DNA of 64,000 nucleotides. Source: an uncultured Ruficoccus sp. Its GTDB lineage: Bacteria; Verrucomicrobiota; Verrucomicrobiia; Opitutales; Cerasicoccaceae. Each line of letters opens with the position of its first letter. Positions within the stretch are counted from its first letter, which is position 1. The notes below the pieces were generated by a model. It searched no databases, was not told the origin of the DNA, and worked only from the letters and a program-made list of their open reading frames with translations. The stretch is from positions 1 through 64,000 of the forward strand of contig OZ223496.1 in assembly GCA_965140785.1 (NCBI GenBank), given 5' to 3'. Position numbers and translations under genes: made by a program. Shown piece after piece: positions 29,840-41,676 of this stretch.

Positions 29840-31291
29840 TTACGTGTGCCGCACGGTGATGAGGGTCAGGTCGTCGGCGAATGTGTCCTGCCCGGTGTAG
29901 CGCTCGACGGTGGAGACGATGCCGGTGTTGATCTCGCGGGCGGGACGGTCACGTAAGACGCGGACGCACTCGGCCAAGCGCTTGGAGGCGAACTCCGTGC
30001 CCTCCTCATCGGCGGCCTCAGTCACCCCATCGGTGTAGAAGACGGCGATGTCCCCGTGCTTGAAAGGCACGGTGCAGTCCTCGATCACATAGTCGAAGAT
30101 TTCCGACGGCACCATCCCCAGGCCCATTCCCTCCGAGCCGACGAAGTTCAGCTCGGGCTTGGCCTGGCCCTCGGGGTGCACGCACAGCAGCGGCAGCTCG
30201 TGCCCGGCACGGGCGAGGGTCAGCGTTTCGTTGGTCGTGTCGATGATGGCGTAAATGACCGTGATAAACATGTCGCGCCGGATTTCCTCGGACATTTCGC
30301 GGTTCATGGCCTTGAGCACCTCGGAAGGGCTGCGGAAGGACTGGGCGAAGTGGCGCAGGTTGGTCTGGCAGATGGTCATCAGCAGCGAGGCGGGCACGCC
30401 CTTGCCGGAGACGTCGGCGATGGCCAGGCCGACCCGGCTCTCGTCGAGCTTGATCACGTTGTAGAGGTCGCCGCCTATCTTCTGGGCGGGGCGGTAAAAG
30501 GCGTCGATGTCCAGGGCGTGGTTGTCGGGGAACGTCTGCGGCAGGATCATGCCCTGGATGCTGCTGGCCACGGAGATGTCGAGATCGAGCTTACTCTTCT
30601 CGATCTGCATTTCCATCAGGTCGGAGTTGTGAATGGCCATGGCGGCCTGCTCGGCCAGCGACTGCACGAGCGAAAAGTCCGCGTCGTTGAAAGCCATGCC
30701 GTCGGCGGGGTTGGCCACCGCGAGCACGCCGAGAATTTTTGAGCGAAAGGCGATGGGCGCGACGACGAGTGAGCGGACCTTGAGCGCCGGGTCCTCGTGC
30801 TGGATCACACGCGGATCCCCGGAGGCGTCCTCGATCAGCACGGCCTTGCCCGTGCGGGCGACCGAGCCGATCAGGCCCTCGCCCATCTCGAAAACCTCGG
30901 ACTTGAGAATCTGCTCAATGAACTTCGAGCGAGTCGAGAGCTTGTCGCGCGACTTCTCGGGCAGGAGGTGCTGGGGCGGGAACAGACCCTCCACCGCGAT
31001 GCCGCGGAGCTTGTTCTTACCGGTGCGCTCAAAGATGCAGGCGCTGAGCGCGCCGGTGCTCAGGATGGAGGCATGCACGATATGGTGAAAGAGTTCCTCG
31101 CGCCCCACCCCGGCGCCAATCGCCTCCACGAGATTGTGCATGAACTCGACCACGATCTGTTTCTCCTGATAGAGGAGCTGCTTTTCCTCGTCGATCTGGA
31201 CATTTTTACGCCGCTGGCGGATGTAGAAGAGCCAGCCCACGCACACTCCCACAAACAGGCCCAGAATAAAGCAACCGATCAACCAGATCAT
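29840..31291 (-). CDS. Membrane-anchored GAF + PP2C (SpoIIE/RsbU-like) phosphatase
   Basis: N-terminal TM, GAF (GEGLIG), IGGDLY, IADVSGKG, RAGH, YTDGVTEA, DDLT. Confidence 0.93.
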   Translation of the reverse strand: MIWLIGCFILGLFVGVCVGWLFYIRQRRKNVQIDEEKQLLYQEKQIVVEFMHNLVEAIGAGVGREELFHHIVHASILSTGALSACIFERTGKNKLRGIAVEGLFPPQHLLPEKSRDKLSTRSKFIEQILKSEVFEMGEGLIGSVARTGKAVLIEDASGDPRVIQHEDPALKVRSLVVAPIAFRSKILGVLAVANPADGMAFNDADFSLVQSLAEQAAMAIHNSDLMEMQIEKSKLDLDISVASSIQGMILPQTFPDNHALDIDAFYRPAQKIGGDLYNVIKLDESRVGLAIADVSGKGVPASLLMTICQTNLRHFAQSFRSPSEVLKAMNREMSEEIRRDMFITVIYAIIDTTNETLTLARAGHELPLLCVHPEGQAKPELNFVGSEGMGLGMVPSEIFDYVIEDCTVPFKHGDIAVFYTDGVTEAADEEGTEFASKRLAECVRVLRDRPAREINTGIVSTVERYTGQDTFADDLTLITVRHT

Positions 31292-31408
31292 AACCGTCTT
31301 ACCATGAACGGTAATACCGACTGCTGCAATCCCAGGCTTGGGAGAATTTCATACCGTCAGAATTCGTAACGTTTCCCCGACGAACCCCATTTTTGGGGAA
31401 GCCTGGAA

Positions 31409-31740
31409 TTTTAACCACGGATTTCGCGGATAGCACGGATACTTCTCGCTCGGTGCCATCTGTGGCTCTGGGGTATGCCCCGATAGAGAGAAGATATTTA
31501 ACAAGAAGGCCGGGAAGAACGGGAGACCCCCGCGCGTGCTGAAGCTATGTTAGAAATATTATAGCCACAAAAAACGCAAAGAAGCGCGAAAATGGCAGGA
31601 GTGTTCCTTTTTAAAATCCTCTGTGTGCTCTGTGTTCTTCGTGGTTAAAAACAAAAGCCGTCCGGCCCCGCCAAGAGCGGGCGGCAGCGCCATTACTTAA
31701 GCTGCCCGGGCTCGCGTCCTTCCCGGTCTTCCTGTTAAAT
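31409..31740. repeat. Nested imperfect inverted repeats with 9-nt periodicity
   Basis: 31496-31525 vs reverse complement of 31711-31740 match at 26/30; related units at 31409, 31562, 31618-31650 and 26567. Confidence 0.75.
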
Positions 31741-31756
31741 TCCTAAATCCCTCCAC

Positions 31757-31788
31757 AAAAAAGAGCCGCTCCGCCGGGAGTGGCTCTT
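31757..31788 (-). terminator. Rho-independent terminator after the STAS gene
   Basis: AAGAGCCGCTCC-loop-GGAGTGGCTCTT stem with a U-run on the minus strand. Confidence 0.75.
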
Positions 31789-31815
31789 GCAATTGGCTGA
31801 CAGAATACGACCGCC

Positions 31816-32352
31816 TCAGGAATCTTCGTCGGCTTCCTTGTCTTTCTCGACCTGAAGCCGCAAGTAGGCGAGCACGTCCTGAAACTTCTTCAGGTTACCC
31901 TTGTCGGCCTCGACCAGGTGCTCGTGCGCCCGCAGCATGCTCTCGGCGGAAGCATGGGCGGGGCCGTCAGCCGTGGTCGCCACGGTCTGCGCTTTGTCCA
32001 CGTCGAAGCTGAGGTTGCGCCCGTCGGTGTCCACCTCCAGGATGCGGTGCAGGCCCAGATTGCGGACCAGTTCGAGGTTGCGCTCACTCAGACGGACCAG
32101 GGTGAGCTTGCCCGGGGGCTTCTGCTTGCGGAAGTCCATCGCGGCCCCGGCTAGGATGCCGAGGAAGGTGCTGTCCATCGCCGTGCACCCCGCGAAGTCC
32201 ACCACCACATGCGTCCGGCCTTCGGCCAGCATGTGCTTGAAGAAGTCGCTCACGGGTGCGCAATTGAGGTAACTGGCGCGGCCCTGAATACGCAGGAGCG
32301 CCGGATCGGAATATCCGTCGACGAGGAAAACGGGTGTGTCGTTATCTGCCAT
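31816..32352 (-). CDS. STAS-domain anti-sigma factor antagonist
   Basis: VDFAGCTAMDSTFLG phosphorylatable Ser motif. Confidence 0.9.
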   Translation of the reverse strand: MADNDTPVFLVDGYSDPALLRIQGRASYLNCAPVSDFFKHMLAEGRTHVVVDFAGCTAMDSTFLGILAGAAMDFRKQKPPGKLTLVRLSERNLELVRNLGLHRILEVDTDGRNLSFDVDKAQTVATTADGPAHASAESMLRAHEHLVEADKGNLKKFQDVLAYLRLQVEKDKEADEDS

Positions 32353-32394
32353 AACGCCTAGGTTACGCAGGGAGTACATACTCCCTTATCGGCA

Positions 32395-35151
<2,757 letters not shown>

Positions 35152-35212
35152 TTTCCAGAATTCAAGTCATGTTAATCCAGCCCACCGGCGAAGTCGGAAA
35201 CCATGGACGCCC

Positions 35213-35683
35213 CTATTGCAGGGCGGCCTGGACCTCGTCGAAGGGGGGCAAATCGTGCGGGTCTTCGCTGGACCAGCTGTAGGCGATGGTGCCGTCCTTA
35301 TCGACGACGAAGGCGGAGCGCTTGGCCACGCCCTTGAGCCCGAGTAGGTCCTCGTAGAGCACGTCGTAGGCGGCGGCGACTTCCTTGTTAAAGTCGCTCA
35401 GCAGCGGGACGGTGATCTTGTTGGCCTTGGCCCAGCCTTCCTGGGCGAAGGGACTGTCCACGCTGATGCCGTAAACGGCGGCTTCGAGCTTTTCATAGGC
35501 GTCGATACCGGAGGAGATGCTGCACATCTCGTTCTGGCAGACACTGGTGAAAGCGAAGGGGAAAAAGAGCAGAACGGTCTTCTTTTTGCCGAAATTGTCG
35601 CTGAGGGTAACTTCCTCCAGGCCTTCGGACGTTTTCGTATTCAGCTTAAAATCAGGCGCTTGGGTGCCTTTTTCGAGTGCCAT
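35213..35683 (-). CDS. Peroxiredoxin (AhpC/TSA, AhpE-like)
   Basis: FFPFAFTSVC, GISVDS, LLSDFN, KRSAFVVD. Confidence 0.9.
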   Translation of the reverse strand: MALEKGTQAPDFKLNTKTSEGLEEVTLSDNFGKKKTVLLFFPFAFTSVCQNEMCSISSGIDAYEKLEAAVYGISVDSPFAQEGWAKANKITVPLLSDFNKEVAAAYDVLYEDLLGLKGVAKRSAFVVDKDGTIAYSWSSEDPHDLPPFDEVQAALQ

Positions 35684-35923
35684 AAAGTTCGGGTGTTGAC
35701 GTTAGAAAAGTGTGAACGGGCAAGCTACGCCGCCCCTAGGAGCAGTGCAAGCACAACCTCGATTATTCTGGCCGGTTTCGACAGGGGGAAAAGTCTGGTG
35801 GTGAGAAAGTTGCGCCAGCCTCGGAGCAAGTCCAATGCCGTCTGGCCACCAAAATTGCCCGCCGCCCCAACCAAGTTTAAAAATCGGATTCATCCGGATT
35901 TAATTGGACCATCCTTTTATATC

Positions 35924-36130
35924 TTAACGCTTTCTTTTCTGAATTTGGTCATAGAGCACCCCGCCCAAACAACAAAGCGCCGGCGCAGCCAAAAAGAATA
36001 TGAGCGTCAAGACGTCTTCATATAACTCATGGGCCCTCAATAAATCAGCAAAGAGAAGAGAGATGACCGAGAGCACAAATATACCAATAACAGTATAGGC
36101 CAAGGCACTTCCTAACGCTTCAACCTTCAT
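35924..36130 (-). CDS. Small 2-TM membrane protein (AT-rich)
   Basis: 68 aa, two hydrophobic helices, basic tail. Confidence 0.5.
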   Translation of the reverse strand: MKVEALGSALAYTVIGIFVLSVISLLFADLLRAHELYEDVLTLIFFLAAPALCCLGGVLYDQIQKRKR

Positions 36131-36193
36131 GACTTTTATCGATTCTAAGTATAAATAGGCATACTTTGCAACCGCGGGCAGGATTTCTCCTCA

Positions 36194-37546
36194 TCACCCA
36201 CCCGCCGGAGCCAGTCGACGCTGGGGGTTGTCCGCAAAAATCGCGGCTACGAAAAGCGCCACACAGCAGGCCGCGTACAGCCAGCTCGCCGGGGCGTAGC
36301 TGCCTGTAAAGTCCTCGGAGAGGCTCCAGATCAGCGGTGCCACCGCGCTACAGATGACCAGCGAGAGCATGGCCCAGCCGCTGATCGCCCCCAGATGGAC
36401 CCGTCCGAAAAAGCGCGGATAAACCACCGCCATCAGCGTCCCGAAAAAGGCCGCGGAGAACCCGCCCGTAATCACGTACAGCACCACTCCCCACGCGGTG
36501 GACAGGTAAACCATCCCCACGGCGGTCAGGGTCATCCCCGCCGCCATTGCCATCAGCAGGGGCTTGAGGCGCATGCGCCCACTGAGCCAGCCGATGAGCA
36601 GCCCGGTCGGGATATTCACACAGACCGTCCAGAGATAAAGTTGGTAAAAAGCCTCCGTCGAACGCCCGGCCTCGCGGGCAATATCCACCGCATGAAATCC
36701 GATCGCCGTCATAAAAATACCCATCAGGCTGAAAGCCGCGGTAAAAACCCAAAAGGAGTAGGTCCGGATCGCCTCGGGCGCGGTAAACTCCTTGCGCACA
36801 TTGAACTCCGGGTCAGTTGGACCGGTCGGCTCCGGGGGCGGCGGCTCGCCGTCCATCATCAGCCCGCACTCTTCGGGATTGTCGCGGTACAGCAACCAGC
36901 ACAGCGAAGAAACCCCGAGCATCAGCGCCAGCCCCATGGCCAGCCAGGCCTCCCGCCAGCCCAGCGCATCCACCAGCATATAGAGAACAAGCGGGGCCGC
37001 TGAGAAGAACAGACCACAGATGCTGCCGGAGACCGCGCTGGCCAGCCCGCGCTTGCGATTGAACCACTTCCCCAGCATGGCACGTGCGGTCATGGCGATC
37101 ACCCCCTGCCCCAGGAAGCGGATGAGGAAAAAACCGAACATGACCAGCCCCAAAGCCAGGTAGGGCAAGGGCTTGTCCCCCGGCGTCAGCCAGTGATAAA
37201 TCGTTGAACAGGCGGCCATGTAAAACAGGCTCAGCCCGAAGGCCACCTCGACCAGCGTCCCGGTCAGGCGCGCCCCGAAGCGGTCGAAAAACCGCCCGAT
37301 GCGCGGCAGAATCAGTCCGCTCAGCGCCGTGCCGCCGAAGTAGGCGAAGCTCAACTGCAAGCGCGAAAGGTCCAGGTTGGCCATCAGGTCCTCGGCAAAG
37401 GGCCCCACCCCGGCCGTCTGCCCCGGCATACTGGAGACGATGCCCATGACCGAAGCCCCAGCCACTACCCAGCCGTAAAAGAACGGCGACCGGTCCGGCC
37501 GAAACGGCACATCCGATTGCATCCACTTACCCCTGGCATTGCCCAT
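36194..37546 (-). CDS. MFS transporter
   Basis: FFYGWVV, GRFFDRFGAR motif A, WFNRKRGLA, about 12 TM. Confidence 0.92.
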   Translation of the reverse strand: MGNARGKWMQSDVPFRPDRSPFFYGWVVAGASVMGIVSSMPGQTAGVGPFAEDLMANLDLSRLQLSFAYFGGTALSGLILPRIGRFFDRFGARLTGTLVEVAFGLSLFYMAACSTIYHWLTPGDKPLPYLALGLVMFGFFLIRFLGQGVIAMTARAMLGKWFNRKRGLASAVSGSICGLFFSAAPLVLYMLVDALGWREAWLAMGLALMLGVSSLCWLLYRDNPEECGLMMDGEPPPPEPTGPTDPEFNVRKEFTAPEAIRTYSFWVFTAAFSLMGIFMTAIGFHAVDIAREAGRSTEAFYQLYLWTVCVNIPTGLLIGWLSGRMRLKPLLMAMAAGMTLTAVGMVYLSTAWGVVLYVITGGFSAAFFGTLMAVVYPRFFGRVHLGAISGWAMLSLVICSAVAPLIWSLSEDFTGSYAPASWLYAACCVALFVAAIFADNPQRRLAPAGG

Positions 37547-37696
37547 AAGCAGCCGAGTTTGCGTCCGCGCCCCGCCCGCGCCAAGCGTCGAATGCATTTT
37601 TCCCATTCTTGACCCCGTTCGTCCCTTATGGAAAAATCCCGAACACGTTCGGACAGGAAGCACGCCTTCCAAGCCGCTTCAAAAAAAGCCCCCTCC

Positions 37697-37954
37697 ATGA
37701 AACTCCCCCGTCAACCCAAAACCTACCCGATCGACGAGCTGTTGCAGGCACTGGCCGAGGACGGGGAGAGCCGACGGGTGGTGGCGTGGATCTGCCGTCA
37801 GAACGACTTCCAGCGGCGCTCACTCATCCGCACGCAGTTGGACACGATGCGCCTGAAGGGCGCGCCCGCCGAGTTGATGGCCCTGCTGAAAGCGTTGGAA
37901 GACCCGGCGTTGGCAGCGCGGACCGCGCGTTTTCTCGACGGCGAAGAAACCTGA
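37697..37954 (+). CDS. Small hypothetical protein
   Basis: 85-aa helical ORF with host-like codon usage upstream of tyrS. Confidence 0.55.
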   Translation: MKLPRQPKTYPIDELLQALAEDGESRRVVAWICRQNDFQRRSLIRTQLDTMRLKGAPAELMALLKALEDPALAARTARFLDGEET

Positions 37955-38053
37955 GCGAGCGCTAACGACGTGTGCGCGTTTTCCCCTTGTCGGGAGGGCC
38001 CGCGGTGGCCTTAATCCCCGCAGACACCTTTTATCATCAAGACACCTACCCAC

Positions 38054-39235
38054 ATGAGCAGGCTGGACATTCTGAAAGCAAATGCCGAAAGCATCATCGG
38101 CGACGAGAACATGATGGAGCGCATCCGCGCCGGCAAGAAACTCAAGATCAAGCTGGGCGTCGATCCGACACGGCCCGACCTGACCTTTGGCCACATGGTC
38201 GTCTTCAACAAGATGAAGCAGTTCCAGGTCATGGGGCACGAGTGTATCCTGCTTATCGGCGACTACACCGCCACCATCGGCGACCCCTCCGGCCGCTCCG
38301 AGACCCGCCCCGTCCTGACCGACGAGGAAGTCGCGGCCAACGCCGACACTTACCTCGACCAGGCCTTTAAGATCCTCGACCCCCACCTCACCACCGTGCG
38401 CTACAACAGCGAGTGGTTCCGTGAGATGGACTTCTCCGAGGCGCTCAACCTGACCCGGCAGATGACCGTCGCCCGCATGCTCGAGCGCGACGACTTCGCC
38501 AAGCGCTACGCCTCGCAGACGCCGATCTCCATTGTCGAGTTTCTCTACCCGCTGATCCAGGGCCACGACTCGGTTATGCTGGAGGCCGATGTCGAGCTGG
38601 GCGGCTCCGATCAGCTCTTTAACATGCTGGTGGGCCGCGCGCTCCAGAAAAACGCCGGGCAGCCCGAGCAGACCGTCATCACCATGCCGCTGCTGGTCGG
38701 CCTCGACGGGGCAAAAAAAATGTCCAAGAGCGCGGACAACTACATCTCTTTCAACGACGCGCCCAAGGACATGTTCGGCAAGATCATGTCGATCAACGAC
38801 GAGACCATGTGGGACTACTACCGGCTGCTGCTGGAGGTGGACGGCGAGGCCCTCGCCCGTCACAAGCAGGAGCACCCCATGGAGGCCAAAAAGCACCTGG
38901 CCGTGTCGCTGACGGCGATGTTCCACTCGCTCGACTCGGCCAACCGCGAACGTCAGCAGTTCGAGCAGGTCTTTTCCAAAAACAAGCTGCCCGACGACAT
39001 GCCGGTCTTCTCCTGGCGCGAAATCGCCGGCGACGAACACCAGCTCGCCCTGGCCGAAGTCCTCTCCCGCACCAAGCTCTTCCCCAGCAAAAAGGAAATC
39101 CGCCGCCTGATCGAGCAGGGCGCGGTCAAGCTCAACGAGGAAAAAGCCGCCGACCCCTTCCAGCCGATCGAAAAGCCCGAGGACCAGCACATCCTCCAGT
39201 CCGGCAAACGCACCTTCGTCAAGATCGTGGGGTGA
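38054..39235 (+). CDS. tyrS: Tyrosine--tRNA ligase
   Basis: KLGVDPT..DLTFGH, YPLIQGHDS, GGSDQLFN, KMSKS, C-terminal S4 domain. Confidence 0.97.
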   Translation: MSRLDILKANAESIIGDENMMERIRAGKKLKIKLGVDPTRPDLTFGHMVVFNKMKQFQVMGHECILLIGDYTATIGDPSGRSETRPVLTDEEVAANADTYLDQAFKILDPHLTTVRYNSEWFREMDFSEALNLTRQMTVARMLERDDFAKRYASQTPISIVEFLYPLIQGHDSVMLEADVELGGSDQLFNMLVGRALQKNAGQPEQTVITMPLLVGLDGAKKMSKSADNYISFNDAPKDMFGKIMSINDETMWDYYRLLLEVDGEALARHKQEHPMEAKKHLAVSLTAMFHSLDSANRERQQFEQVFSKNKLPDDMPVFSWREIAGDEHQLALAEVLSRTKLFPSKKEIRRLIEQGAVKLNEEKAADPFQPIEKPEDQHILQSGKRTFVKIVG

Positions 39236-39529
39236 GCCAGCGCATGCCCAGGCCCCTGGATACTCCGCATCTGGATGGAGCTCTGGACCAGTGGCGTGAG
39301 GGCTCGCACAGCGATGCCAGGGGCACTTATCCACGCCAAACGCCACCGGCTATTCCGCCCGAAAATCCCCTGACCTCCTCACCCAACAAAAAGGTGGCGA
39401 CCCAGTTTTGATGATTTCGCTCTGCGATGCTGCAAGCATCGAAAGTGCAGGCTAAAAGGCTGGTCCAGCCGGACCTGCTGCGGGTCTGGGCTGCATAAGC
39501 CCAGAAAAAACGTCCTCCCCTACGCCTCC

Positions 39530-40261
39530 CTACAGGAGCGCGGCGGCGGCTTCGTCCACGAGCCAGACGGTCTTGTCGGCGTGGGCGCGGAGGAGTTGGA
39601 TCGGTTTGTGGGTGGGGTCGAAGTCGCCTTTCAGGGCGGCCTTGAGGGCCTCGGCCTTGCCCGCGCCGGGGCAGGAGACAACGATCCGCTTGCACTGGGA
39701 GAGGCCGTGCGGGGTCAGGGTGACGCGCCAGCCGCGTTCGGGCCAGAGGGTGGCCGCGAAGTTCTCGATCAGCCCCGCGCCGATCAGCGGGCACTGCGGA
39801 AAGAGCGACAGGGTGTGGTTGTCCCCGCCCATGCCGACGAAGCACACGTCATAGGCACGGTCTTTGCCCACGCGCTCGTCCCAAGCCTTGGTGTAGGCGT
39901 CGGCACAGGCGGCGGGCTCCAATTCGGTCGGCCAGGGGAGCTTGTTCGCGTCCGGCACACCGAGGGGGGCGAGCATCTCGCGGTCGGCGTGGCCGAAGTT
40001 GCTGTCGTCGTCGTCGAGGGGGACGCAGCGCTCGTCGCTGGTGGTCCAGAGAATCTTTTTCGCCGTTTCCAGTGAGAGGGCCTTATGAGCCGTCACCCAT
40101 TGATAAAAAGCCTTCGGGGTGGAGCCGCCGGTCAGGCCGATGGGGGCGAGCCCCTCGCCCGCGGCCTCGGCGGCCTGCTTGATGTAGCGGAGGGTTTCGG
40201 CGTAGAGTTCTTCTTCGCCCACGATGTGGACTTGGCCGTAGTCGGTGGGGATGCTCTTCAT
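39530..40261 (-). CDS. pgl: 6-phosphogluconolactonase
   Basis: LTGGSTP, DERCVP...SNF, GMGGDNHTLSLFP, RVTLT. Confidence 0.92.
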   Translation of the reverse strand: MKSIPTDYGQVHIVGEEELYAETLRYIKQAAEAAGEGLAPIGLTGGSTPKAFYQWVTAHKALSLETAKKILWTTSDERCVPLDDDDSNFGHADREMLAPLGVPDANKLPWPTELEPAACADAYTKAWDERVGKDRAYDVCFVGMGGDNHTLSLFPQCPLIGAGLIENFAATLWPERGWRVTLTPHGLSQCKRIVVSCPGAGKAEALKAALKGDFDPTHKPIQLLRAHADKTVWLVDEAAAALL

Positions 40262-40268
40262 GAAAACA

Positions 40269-40302
40269 GTTTGAGAGTTTCGGGTTTGAGAGTTTGAGAG
40301 TT
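40269..40302. repeat. Short 8-nt-period tandem repeat (GTTTGAGA)n
   Basis: GTTTGAGAGTTTCGGGTTTGAGAGTTTGAGAGTT just upstream of the pgl start. Confidence 0.75.
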
Positions 40303-40347
40303 CGATGCGAATGGGGGGGCGGAACACCGCCTCAAGCCCTCCGTCGC

Positions 40348-41346
40348 TCAGCTGAAAAACAGCGCCTCGGCGAGGGCGTTGACCGGTTCGAGGAAGCCGA
40401 CCTGCATGGGTGTGCTGACGCGGCCCGAGCCAAAGTCGGCCGTGACCTTGGCGTCGAGCCCCTTGACCTCGTGGGTCCAGAGAAAATGACGGTCGTCGTC
40501 GTACTTCCACTCGATCTCCAGGCAGTGGCCGCAGTCGATCTTATGGCAGGTGAACCCGGCGTTGAGGTCGAGCTTGGCGTCCTGGGCGCAAGCCTTCAAA
40601 CAGGACTCGGTCCACTTGAGCAAGTTGCGGGCCTCGCCCTCGCGCCCGTCGGTGTAGCGGACCTGCACCGAGAGCAGCCCGCCGGCGAGCTTGGCCGTCT
40701 CGTAGCGGCTGAGGAACTGCCCGAGCGACTGGCGGATGGGCAGGATGCGCGCGTGCGCCAGGTCGATGGCGGCCTCCGGACGCGGCCACTTCACCTTTAA
40801 AATGTCCTCCTCCTCGATGTCCGAGTCGTAGATGACGCGGCGGCAGCGCTTGACGAATTCCAGGTGCATGCCGGTGATGCGCTCAGCCGGGATGCGGTTG
40901 AACCAGTGATAGGTGGGCAGGTCGTTCTCCAGCCAGATCGAGACCTGGTTGACGAGGAAGCCCGCCTCGCGCGTCGGATACCCGAGGATGAGCGCCTCGC
41001 AGCAGCACATCTCGCGGATGCTCGAGCCGACGTAGCACTGGGCAAAGAGCTTGCCCTGGAGCAGGCGGTCGCTGGGCTCACGCCCCATCGGGCAGAGCAC
41101 GACGATGCGGCACGGGTAGCGCTGGGCAAAGGCGATCGCGGTGTTGAACCGGTCAAAAGCCTCGTCGGGCGAGGTTTTCAGGCCGAAGTGCAGCACGATA
41201 TTCATCTGCGAGGCCCGGAACTCGGAGGGTGCCGTCTGATCGGGACTGGGGGTGCCCGTCCACATCTGCGTGAGCGAATGGGTCACCTCCGAGACATCCA
41301 TGAGCTGGCCCGGCAGCGCGTCGAAAATGGTCATATCTTCTGTCAT
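40348..41346 (-). CDS. opcA: Glucose-6-phosphate dehydrogenase assembly protein OpcA
   Basis: RASQMNIV, YPCRIVVL, CCEALIL, DLPTYHW, RVIYDS, DLAHARILPIRQ; lies between zwf and pgl. Confidence 0.8.
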   Translation of the reverse strand: MTEDMTIFDALPGQLMDVSEVTHSLTQMWTGTPSPDQTAPSEFRASQMNIVLHFGLKTSPDEAFDRFNTAIAFAQRYPCRIVVLCPMGREPSDRLLQGKLFAQCYVGSSIREMCCCEALILGYPTREAGFLVNQVSIWLENDLPTYHWFNRIPAERITGMHLEFVKRCRRVIYDSDIEEEDILKVKWPRPEAAIDLAHARILPIRQSLGQFLSRYETAKLAGGLLSVQVRYTDGREGEARNLLKWTESCLKACAQDAKLDLNAGFTCHKIDCGHCLEIEWKYDDDRHFLWTHEVKGLDAKVTADFGSGRVSTPMQVGFLEPVNALAEALFFS

Positions 41347-41356
41347 GGCAGGTTCC

Positions 41357-41662
41357 TTATTGGACAGTGGTAGTGATGGTGTAGTTTCCCAAACCATATA
41401 ACATCAAGAGGTGCAAAGCCACGAGGCCGACAGCGAGTACCAAGCCCAAGATGGACAGGACCAGACCGGCGGTGGCCATCTCGCGAGCAGCGGAGGTGCG
41501 CCCTTTCACGCCCAGCACCAGGCCGACCACCGTCACCGGCAACGCCACTAACGGCATCACCCAGACGAGTATCAGGCCGACAATCCCGAGTACGAGCGAG
41601 GCGACGGTTTTCCCGTCAACCGGCGTTGCCGCTTTGTCGATGGTTACGGTTGGGTTGTTCAT
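41357..41662 (-). CDS. DUF4190-like small membrane protein
   Basis: ASLVLGIVG...GLVLG...MATAGLVLSILG pattern. Confidence 0.7.
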   Translation of the reverse strand: MNNPTVTIDKAATPVDGKTVASLVLGIVGLILVWVMPLVALPVTVVGLVLGVKGRTSAAREMATAGLVLSILGLVLAVGLVALHLLMLYGLGNYTITTTVQ

Positions 41663-41676
41663 ACTGAAGCTCCATA

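Noticed and set aside
39486..39510. Terminator between tyrS and pgl
   Set aside because: A hairpin is present, but the A-run is on the wrong side to give a U-tail on either strand.
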